Shown in pieces: positions 46,121 through 53,556 of a stretch of DNA of 53,556 nt. The position numbers were made by a program, and so were the translations under genes. Within the stretch, counting starts at the first letter, position 1. Every line of letters starts with the position of its first letter. Source of the DNA: Abditibacteriaceae bacterium (GTDB lineage: Bacteria; Armatimonadota; Abditibacteriia; Abditibacteriales; Abditibacteriaceae); contig JANMKN010000350.1 of NCBI GenBank assembly GCA_031372065.1, positions 1 to 53,556 of the forward strand. The letters are read 5' to 3'. The notes beneath the pieces were generated by a model that saw only the letters and a program-made list of their open reading frames with translations, was not told where the DNA came from and searched no databases.

Positions 46121-48870
46121 GGCGTCCACTCGCTGACTGCGACCAACTTGCCGCCTTGCAGATTCGCCAAGTAATCGCCCGCTTTTTCGCGGCGCAATTC
46201 GCTGTTGGCGCTTTGCGCAAAAGTGCCGCCGCCCAGCAAAACTTGGCCGCTTTCACCTTTTTGGCGCACAACCAAAACGCGCGCGTCACTTTTCCAATCG
46301 GCGGCTTGCCATTCGCCCGCTTTGTGCGCGACGAAGACACGCGTAATTGTGCCGTCTTTTTGTTTGATTTCAAAAACGCTGATGCCATCTTCGCCTTTGA
46401 GCCACTGCGCGCTTTGCACTGGGTTATTCCACGCTTCGAGCGCGTAAACCGCGCCAAAATCGGCTTTTGTGCCGCTTTGCCGCGCGATTGCGATGTCTTC
46501 TTTATCAGGGCCGGTGCCGGCAAAAATTTTCTGGTTCGGCGCGCCTGCTAAATCCACCCCAAACTTGCCAACTTTGGTGTCCCAATCGCCTTGCCATTTT
46601 TCGCTGGCATCTTGCGCTCCGGTCACTTGAATGTGCTGATAACCTTCGCTTTGGCCCAGTGGTTTGGAATCTTTGGCAATCGGCATTTGCGCTAATTTTC
46701 CTTGATAACGAAAAGTGCGATCCCATGTGTGATTTAGCGCACTTTGGCCGTTGTATAAATCAATGACGGCATCCGGCAAAACCACAACGGTGCGGTCTAA
46801 AAGCACGCCGGGATAACTGCCGGGTGATTCGGCGCGCATGATTTTGATGTCGGGCGTGTCTTCGTAAATCAGCAATTTGCCGTCATTCGCCATCTGCGAT
46901 TTTTCATCAACGGCCAAGGTGTTGTGCGCGATGGTTTGAGTTGTCCATTGCGGGTGCAAAGCCTGATCGTAACTATGAAATTGCGGTTCGCCGCCGATTT
47001 CATCGCCTTTGGCATTTGGCGGCGCGGCAAAAAGCAACAAATTCAATTTGTCATAGTGGCCGTGAACGCCTCCGTGCGGGCCGTAATCCATCAGCGCGTA
47101 AATATGGTTATTGCGCAAAATGGAATAGCCGAGGCTTCCAAAAAGCGTGCTGCCATAAACCACTGAAGGCGGTTCGGGCAGCGTTTCAAAAACGTGCGTC
47201 GGCTGATAAATGCCTTCGGAAAAATGCAACTGGCGCTGTGTTTCGTTCAGCAAAAATGCATAGCGCGCGTCGCCGTAGCGCAGATAGCCCAAGTCGTAAA
47301 CCATCGTCTGCCAACTGCCCAGTTTGCCGCGCCCCGAATCGTTGATGCCGGGCAATGTGCCATCGGGATAAGCGTAGCGCAACGGTGAATCGAACAATTG
47401 CTTGAAACGTCCGTTGGACGCGCTCCACAAATCAATGCCCTGCCGCGCCGCCGCTTCAAAAGCGGGCACCATGACGGCCATCGCGAACAATTGATAGCCG
47501 ATAGCACCTTCGCCCCACATTCCATCAGCGCCGATTCCATTCGCAATCGCCGCGCGCAAATCGGCAACGGCGAGGTCAATCATGTTTTGCTCTTTCAAAA
47601 CGATGCCCGCCATCAGCGTGGCCGTGTTGTAAAAATTGAGCCAGTTCGGATAATCACCTTTGATGGCATCGGCGGGCGTTTTTGTGCGCCAATCAGCCTC
47701 TTTTTTCGTGCGCGCGGCCACTTCATCGGCGGGCGTTTGGCGGCGAATTTCTTCAATGGCGGGGCGAATTAAACCGTTGTCAATCAGCTTTTTATCGTCC
47801 TCGCTCAAAACGCCACTGTTGTAAATGTAATCGTAGCCTTCGATTTGCGGAATGAGCCACATCGCTTCGGATAAGCGCTGAAACGTGATCTTCGAGCTAT
47901 CCGATTTATTGCGCCCAACGTGGCGCGGATAAGAAGCATATTTCTGCGCGTAACCGACTAAAATTTCGCGCGCCACTTTCGCGTATTTTTCATCGCCGGT
48001 CAAGGCATAAGCGAAACCCAAACCACCGGCGCGATACGACAAACTGCTGTGTTCGTTGCCCGCGTTGTTGGCCGCTGTGTCTTCGGGCGTGGGAAAGGCA
48101 ACCGCCATTTTCAAATAACCGTCCGCGATATTTTTGAACGAAGCAAACGTCGCCTTACCGCGTTCGGTGTTCGCTAATTTTTCGCGCAGCGCGCTGATTT
48201 CGGCGGGCGTAAAAAGCAAACGCGGATGCTCGCCGTCTTTGGCAAGCGGCGGCAAATTAACTTTCACCATTTCGCTTTTGGGCGATGTGGCATGAACATA
48301 AACCGGCGCTTTTTCATCATATCCGGCGAGGCGAAATTTCTCGTCGAGATTGAGCGTTGTCCACAAGGCAATATCGCCCAAGCCTCCCCATTTTACCTGC
48401 CCGTCGTAGTTCGATAAAACTGTGATTTGCAGAGTTTGAATTTCACGATTAATCGGCACATCCTGCCACGCGATTTTGGTTTTGCCGCGCACTTTTTCGG
48501 GCCGCGTATTATCCAGAGTTTTGCGGATAACTTGGTCGTCGAATTTGATTTCGATGTCTTTGGGCGCCGCTTCGGTTGCGTAATCCGATTGGGCAAAAGA
48601 AATTTTTTCAACCGGCACTTTGAGCGGCAGCGTGATGGTGATGGTATAAGGCGCGCCGGTCATCACCATGCGCGAATGCGCGTTGCCATCCACATAAGCA
48701 TCCGGCGAGGTGTTTTTATCTGTCACAACATTCGGCCCGGCTTCCACACCCGCGCGCACGCCATATTTTGCCTGCGCTGCGTTGATTAAATTCGCATTCT
48801 GTGCGTGGACTCCATTGGCTGCCACGCCTGTTATTATCAAGGCCGTCATAATCTTTTTCAAATTCTTCAT
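46117..48870 (-). CDS. Heparinase II/III-domain polysaccharide lyase (PL17 oligoalginate-lyase-like)
   Basis: Signal peptide; HPRLLF, QRLSEAMWL, DGMWGEG, LPGINDS, HGGVHGHYDKL, AHNTLAVD. Confidence 0.8.
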   Translation of the reverse strand: MKNLKKIMTALIITGVAANGVHAQNANLINAAQAKYGVRAGVEAGPNVVTDKNTSPDAYVDGNAHSRMVMTGAPYTITITLPLKVPVEKISFAQSDYATEAAPKDIEIKFDDQVIRKTLDNTRPEKVRGKTKIAWQDVPINREIQTLQITVLSNYDGQVKWGGLGDIALWTTLNLDEKFRLAGYDEKAPVYVHATSPKSEMVKVNLPPLAKDGEHPRLLFTPAEISALREKLANTERGKATFASFKNIADGYLKMAVAFPTPEDTAANNAGNEHSSLSYRAGGLGFAYALTGDEKYAKVAREILVGYAQKYASYPRHVGRNKSDSSKITFQRLSEAMWLIPQIEGYDYIYNSGVLSEDDKKLIDNGLIRPAIEEIRRQTPADEVAARTKKEADWRTKTPADAIKGDYPNWLNFYNTATLMAGIVLKEQNMIDLAVADLRAAIANGIGADGMWGEGAIGYQLFAMAVMVPAFEAAARQGIDLWSASNGRFKQLFDSPLRYAYPDGTLPGINDSGRGKLGSWQTMVYDLGYLRYGDARYAFLLNETQRQLHFSEGIYQPTHVFETLPEPPSVVYGSTLFGSLGYSILRNNHIYALMDYGPHGGVHGHYDKLNLLLFAAPPNAKGDEIGGEPQFHSYDQALHPQWTTQTIAHNTLAVDEKSQMANDGKLLIYEDTPDIKIMRAESPGSYPGVLLDRTVVVLPDAVIDLYNGQSALNHTWDRTFRYQGKLAQMPIAKDSKPLGQSEGYQHIQVTGAQDASEKWQGDWDTKVGKFGVDLAGAPNQKIFAGTGPDKEDIAIARQSGTKADFGAVYALEAWNNPVQSAQWLKGEDGISVFEIKQKDGTITRVFVAHKAGEWQAADWKSDARVLVVRQKGESGQVLLGGGTFAQSANSELRREKAGDYLANLQGGKLVAVSEWTP

Positions 48871-48980
48871 GATAATCTTTGGACGTAGCCCCGCGCTTGG
48901 TGTGGCGCACTGTTACACCTGTGCTTGCCCGTGAAGGCTTAAATCTGTTGCGGTTTTGGGCTTTCGCGCATACTTTGAGC

Positions 48981-50330
48981 GTGACTAATTTTGTTTCTCG
49001 CGACCTTGAAGGCTGGGGGCGCTATCCGGTTGAAACGTGCCGCGTGGCACGGCCTGAAAAACGCCGTGATGTGGCAATGGCGGCCCAAAGCGATGAGGTG
49101 CCAGATATTATCGCGCGCGGTTTGGGCCGTGCTTATGGCGATGCGGCGCTGAATGACAATTCCGGCGTGTTGCTCAATGAAAAATTAAATCGCTTCCTCG
49201 ATTTCGATGAAAGCAGCAGCGTTTTGCACGCCGAAGCGGGCGCTTCTTTCGCCGATATTTTGCAAACCTTCGTGCCGCGCGGCTGGTTTTTGCCGGTGAC
49301 GCCGGGCACGAAATTCGTCACGCTGGGCGGCGCCATCGCTTGCGATGTGCATGGAAAAAATCACCATCGCGACGGTTGTTTGTCGAATTTCATCGAAGAA
49401 ATTGAACTCTTGACCGCGAACGGCGAAACGCGAATTTTAACACGCGAAACGCCCACCGAATTTTGGGCGACAGTGAGCGGCATGGGCTTGACCGGTGTCA
49501 TTCTCAGCGCGAAGCTGCGCTTAATGCCCATCGAAACCGCGCAGATTGCTACGACTTACACGCGAACGGAGAATCTCGAAGCGACTTTGGCCGCGTTTGG
49601 CAGCGACGAGGATTTTCAATACTCCGTCGCATGGATTGATTGTCTCGCCAGTGGCGCCAGTTTGGGGCGTTCCGTTTTGATTCGCGGCAATCACGCCTCA
49701 AAATCGGCAGTGCGCGGCGAAAATCCGCTGGCGTTTGCAGCGCCGCGCGGCAAGAAAGTGCCGCTGGATTTTCCTGACGGCGCACTCAATCCGCTGTCGG
49801 TCAAAGCCTTCAACGCACTCTACTATGCGGCGCATCCCGATGCGCAAAAGCTGGTCGGCTTCGAGCCGTTTTTCTGGCCGCTTGATAGCGTTTCAGGGTG
49901 GAACAAAATCTACGGCGCACGCGGCTTCGTTCAATATCAATGCGCGCTGCCGTTTGAAACTTCGCGCGATGGCTTGACCAAGCTGCTGGAAACCGTTTCG
50001 CGGGCCGGTCAAGCTTCGTTTTTGGCCGTATTGAAAACCTTTGGCGCTTCCACTCCATCTCCACTTGGCTTTCCTCTGCCCGGACACACGCTGGCACTTG
50101 ATATTCCCGCGAGCGACGGCATCGTTGAGTTTACCCACACATTAAATCGCATCGTTTTCAATCACGGAGGGCGCGTTTATTTAGCCAAAGACGCCACATT
50201 AGACGCCGAAATGTTTCGCCAAATGTATCCGCGTCACGAAGAATTCGCCGCCGTGAAGCAATCGCTTGACCCGCAGAATCGCTTTCAATCGTCGCTTTCG
50301 AAACGCTTGCAAATCGGAGGCGCAGCATGA
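48981..50330 (+). CDS. FAD-binding oxidoreductase, decaprenylphosphoryl-beta-D-ribose 2'-oxidase (DprE1)-like
   Basis: GWGR, RGLGRAYGDAA, PVTPGTKFVTLGGAIACDVHGKNHH, YSVAWID, SFLAVLK, TLALD, GGRVYLAKD. Confidence 0.88.
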   Translation: MTNFVSRDLEGWGRYPVETCRVARPEKRRDVAMAAQSDEVPDIIARGLGRAYGDAALNDNSGVLLNEKLNRFLDFDESSSVLHAEAGASFADILQTFVPRGWFLPVTPGTKFVTLGGAIACDVHGKNHHRDGCLSNFIEEIELLTANGETRILTRETPTEFWATVSGMGLTGVILSAKLRLMPIETAQIATTYTRTENLEATLAAFGSDEDFQYSVAWIDCLASGASLGRSVLIRGNHASKSAVRGENPLAFAAPRGKKVPLDFPDGALNPLSVKAFNALYYAAHPDAQKLVGFEPFFWPLDSVSGWNKIYGARGFVQYQCALPFETSRDGLTKLLETVSRAGQASFLAVLKTFGASTPSPLGFPLPGHTLALDIPASDGIVEFTHTLNRIVFNHGGRVYLAKDATLDAEMFRQMYPRHEEFAAVKQSLDPQNRFQSSLSKRLQIGGAA

Positions 50331-51076
50331 ACGAAAAAACCTTCGGCAAAGGTTGCCGAGTTTTGATTTTGGGCGCCACGTCGGGCATCGCTAAATCGTT
50401 GGCGCGCGAGTTTGCGCGGCACGGTTTCGACTTAGTTTTAGCGGGCCGCGACATGGACGAAATGCAAACTATCGCCGCCGATGCGCGCGTGCGTTACGGC
50501 ACCAAAAGCGAAATTGTGCCGTTTTCCGCGACGGATTTCGAGTCGCATCCAGAATTCTGGAAAAGTTGCGGCGCGCTGGATGGCGTGCTGTGTTGTTTCG
50601 GCGTCATGCACACGCAAAATGAGGCCGAAAACGATTGGCAAAAAGCGTATGCGATGATCGAAGTGAATTATTCGGCCAGCGTTTCGATTTTAAACATCGC
50701 CGCGAACGAATTTGAAGCGCGCGGGCGTGGTTTCATCGCGATTTTATCCAGCGTTGCTGGAGATCGCGGACGGCGCAGCAACTACATTTACGGCTCAACC
50801 AAAGCCGCCGTTTCGACTTACGCCGAAGGCTTACGGGCCAGATTGTTCGCTTCCGGCGTGTCGATGACGACCATCAAACCCGGCCCGGTGGACACCGCGA
50901 TGTCGTTTGGCCTCGATAAGTTGCCGCTTTTAGCGTCACCCGAAAAAGTCGCTGCTGATATTTATCGCGGCGTGCGTCGCAAGGCCGACGTGGTTTATAC
51001 ACCCGCGCCATGGCGATTCATCATGGCGATTCTCTGCGCTGTGCCGTCGTTTTTGTGGAAGCGCGCAAAACTGTAA
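50327..51076 (+). CDS. SDR oxidoreductase, DprE2-like
   Basis: ILGATSGIA, SSVAGDRGRRSNYIYGSTK; ATGA-coupled to the DprE1-like gene. Confidence 0.85.
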   Translation: MNEKTFGKGCRVLILGATSGIAKSLAREFARHGFDLVLAGRDMDEMQTIAADARVRYGTKSEIVPFSATDFESHPEFWKSCGALDGVLCCFGVMHTQNEAENDWQKAYAMIEVNYSASVSILNIAANEFEARGRGFIAILSSVAGDRGRRSNYIYGSTKAAVSTYAEGLRARLFASGVSMTTIKPGPVDTAMSFGLDKLPLLASPEKVAADIYRGVRRKADVVYTPAPWRFIMAILCAVPSFLWKRAKL

Positions 51077-51142
51077 GTGACATATTACCGCAAAGCCAAA
51101 TCCAATAGTGGCATTAAAGTTGGCAGAGGCTAAACTGCGGCC

Positions 51143-53556
51143 ATGTTTCCCCGATTATTGCTTTGCTTTTTGCTTTTGCTGTCGCCAGTTTTCGCGCAAG
51201 ATACCAAACTCGGTGAGGGCGCCGATTTGCAAGTTTTCGGGCGCGGCGCCGCACCCGGCCAATTTGAACTGCTGCGCGACATCACTTTCGATGCGCAAGG
51301 CAACCTTTACGCGCTTGATGGCGGCGAATTTCAAAAAGACGTGAAAATCGGCAATTTTCGCGTCCAAAAGTTCGACGCGATGGGCCAATTCGTCAGCGAA
51401 TTTTCTGTTTGGGACGAAGCTCTTGGCGATAAGAATTTTCCGCAGCGCTTGGCAGTTGCCAATTCCGGCGTTGTTTTCGTGACACAACCCAAAGCCGATA
51501 TAGTGCAGAAATTTTCGCCGGAAGGGAAGCCGCTACGCAGTATTTCTGTTCCGTATGCATTAGCGATTGCAACCATGAAAAATGGCGTAGCCGTAATTGC
51601 CAGTCGCAACGATGTGGTGAATGGCAAATGGACATGGCTGGGCGGCGACGAAATTATTATGCTGCCAGACACTCAGCGCTTTACATTAGACCAACGCCTC
51701 GCTTTGGAAAAACGTCTCGATAATATTCAAGATTTGGAAGTTGATAAAACCGGCAATTTCTACGTTTTAGCTGCCGTAAATCAAATTTACAAATTCAATC
51801 CCGATGGAAAATTACTGGGCGTGATCGGCGCCGGAGCGAATACGCGCAATGCGGATGGAAGCGAGCCACTGCACAGCGTCGCGGTGAATTCCAAAGGCGA
51901 TATTTACAGCATGACGTGGGGCAATCCCGGCTTGCTGACGCGCTACGATGCGGCGCTCAAAACTGTGACGCAGCGCGAAGGCCAATTTCACTGGGCCGAT
52001 CCGTGGAGTGTTCATTCAGGCTACGTTCCGCTTGCCATTGACCCACAAGATCACCTTTGGGTAGCCGCTACCAATCGCCAAGACCCAAATGGGCCGAACT
52101 TCAAAAGTTATCACGTCAGCCCGGCGATTTCACGCTTGGAAAATGATTATCTCGACACCGATAAAAACGGCACCACGCGCCGTTCGATGGCGCTCTTGGG
52201 TTTCAAGCCACAACTGCAAATCAAGCTGCCCTATTCGATTTCTTACGAACCAAAACAGCCGATAAACTGCGATTTCGTGGTAGCGGCGGCCAATCGGCGT
52301 TTGAACGAAATTTCCGTGGCGTGGCACGTTTATGATGTCTTCAAAAACGAGTGGGGCAAAGGCGCTTTCAAAGTGCCGCTCAAAGATGGGGAAGAAGCGA
52401 AAACGAATTTCACATTCACGCCGCCGCGCTTTGGCTGGTTCACGGTTGAAGCTGAAATTTCCGGCAACGGCGAACGCTTAATCGGCATCGGCGCGCATGG
52501 CGGCGTGACGCCAAAATACGCCAATATGCCCATTCTTGGCGAAGGCGATTCGGTTGGCGGTTGGGAAGATGCGCCGCGCCAAATGTTTGTCGGCTTGCCG
52601 ATGATGCGCCTGCATCCGGGCAAAGGCGTCGAGAAATTCGATAAAGATTTGCAACTCGCCGAAAAATGGGGCGCTTTTGTTTTCGCGCAACTGACCGACA
52701 ACAAAAACAATTTGAACCTCGAATACACGCGCCCGATTGTTGAAAAATTCAAAGGTCGCGTGAAATTCTGGGAATTGATGAATGAGCCGAATTTTTCGCT
52801 GAGTCCCGAAGATTACGTCAAAGCCGCGCAGCCGGTTTACGACATGATTCATCAGCTTGACCCGGCGGCGCAGGTGCTTGGCCCGGCGGTGTGCGGCATG
52901 GATTTGGGGTGGCACGAGCGTTTTTACAAGGCTGGCGGCAAAACGACGTGCGATATTCTCTCGATGCATGATTACGAAGGGCACGAAAGCATTGACCCCG
53001 TTCATTGGCAGTGGAAAATTCCCGCGCTGCGCAAATTGATGGCGCAGCATGGCGACGATAAAAAGGAAATCTGGCAAACCGAACGCGCCATTACAGGCGT
53101 GCGCGGCGATAATTTTCTCGGCCCGGCGCAAGCTGTGCGCGTGACGCTGCACCGCGATTTGTTGGAATCGCTCGGCATTTCGCCGCTGCATAATGCGCAT
53201 TACTACCTCAATGAAGGCGGCTACGGCCCAGTGCCGACGTATTTATGGTCAAATAGCGGCCCGCATCCCGGCGCGCTCGCGCTTCGCACGCGCGAAGCGA
53301 TGACGAAAGGGAAAAAGTTTGCGGGAACGCTCGACTTCGGCCCAACCGGCAATAAAATGTTCATAGGGTTGCGCTACGACGGCGCGGACGGCTCGACGAT
53401 TATTCTGCGGAATCTCGGCACCAGCCAAATGCCTTCGCTGGTGTTTTCTACCAATGCACCTTTCACTCTGCGCGATGAATTTGGCAACGCCGAAGAGGAA
53501 ATCCTAATACGCGGATTTGTGCGTGGCTGGAAGGACTCTCGCAGACTCACGCAGGC
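51143..53556 (+). CDS. Secreted NHL-repeat beta-propeller + clan GH-A (GH39/GH5-like) glycoside hydrolase, 3'-truncated by window edge
   Basis: Absent from the ORF track because it has no stop. Partial manual translation: MFPRLLLCFLLLLSPVFAQ..., PGQFELLRDITFDAQGNLY, RVQKFD; same frame FWELMNEPN, ILSMHDY, IWQTE. Confidence 0.8.
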   Translation, partial: MFPRLLLCFLLLLSPVFAQDTKLGEGADLQVFGRGAAPGQFELLRDITFDAQGNLYALDGGEFQKDVKIGNFRVQKFDAMGQFVSEFSVWDEALGDKNFPQRLAVANSGVVFVTQPKADIVQKFSPEGKPLRSISVPYALAIATMKNGVAVIASRNDVVNGKWTWLGGDEIIMLPDTQRFTLDQRLALEKRLDNIQDLEVDKTGNFYVLAAVNQIYKFNPDGKLLGVIGAGANTRNADGSEPLHSVAVNSKGDIYSMTWGNPGLLTRYDAALKTVTQREGQFHWADPWSVHSGYVPLAIDPQDHLWVAATNRQDPNGPNFKSYHVSPAISRLENDYLDTDKNGTTRRSMALLGFKPQLQIKLPYSISYEPKQPINCDFVVAAANRRLNEISVAWHVYDVFKNEWGKGAFKVPLKDGEEAKTNFTFTPPRFGWFTVEAEISGNGERLIGIGAHGGVTPKYANMPILGEGDSVGGWEDAPRQMFVGLPMMRLHPGKGVEKFDKDLQLAEKWGAFVFAQLTDNKNNLNLEYTRPIVEKFKGRVKFWELMNEPNFSLSPEDYVKAAQPVYDMIHQLDPAAQVLGPAVCGMDLGWHERFYKAGGKTTCDILSMHDYEGHESIDPVHWQWKIPALRKLMAQHGDDKKEIWQTERAITGVRGDNFLGPAQAVRVTLHRDLLESLGISPLHNAHYYLNEGGYGPVPTYLWSNSGPHPGALALRTREAMTKGKKFAGTLDFGPTGNKMFIGLRYDGADGSTIILRNLGTSQMPSLVFSTNAPFTLRDEFGNAEEEILIRGFVRGWKDSRRLTQ

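Overview
Bacterial genomic window, both ends inside open reading frames. The DUF1559 prepilin-type gene, PVC-type cytochrome/DUF1501 modules and outer-membrane protein suggest a diderm such as Abditibacteriota/Armatimonadota (inference only). It has three blocks. (1) 1-21.2 kb, all + strand: Planctomycete/Verrucomicrobia-style secreted-enzyme genes (SASA esterases, DUF1549/DUF1553 cytochrome + DUF1501, DUF1588/1592 + DUF1552, Gfo/Idh/MocA, DPP-IV + M24 peptidases, zincins, an esterase-GH78-like-discoidin fusion). (2) 21.8-30.5 kb, all - strand: a copper island, the most interesting part. It has two CsoR-type operators, a Cys/His-rich leader ORF ending in the ribosome-arrest motif RAPP, two paralogous NosL/MerB-like Cys-rich domains, an internally duplicated His-motif protein, a beta-barrel, a YHS/cupredoxin protein with a hidden internal gene start, csoR, copA and a CupA-like cupredoxin. 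(3) 31-53.5 kb: DUF1559, MacB-like permease, atypical sulfatase, a second DUF1501/DUF1549/cytochrome-WD40 module, a PL17-like lyase, a DprE1/DprE2-like pair, a partial NHL + GH-A protein, and several intergenic palindromes and 20/21-bp tandem arrays. No rRNA, tRNA, CRISPR array, integrase or transposase was recognised. All family calls come from motif recognition by eye, not database searches.
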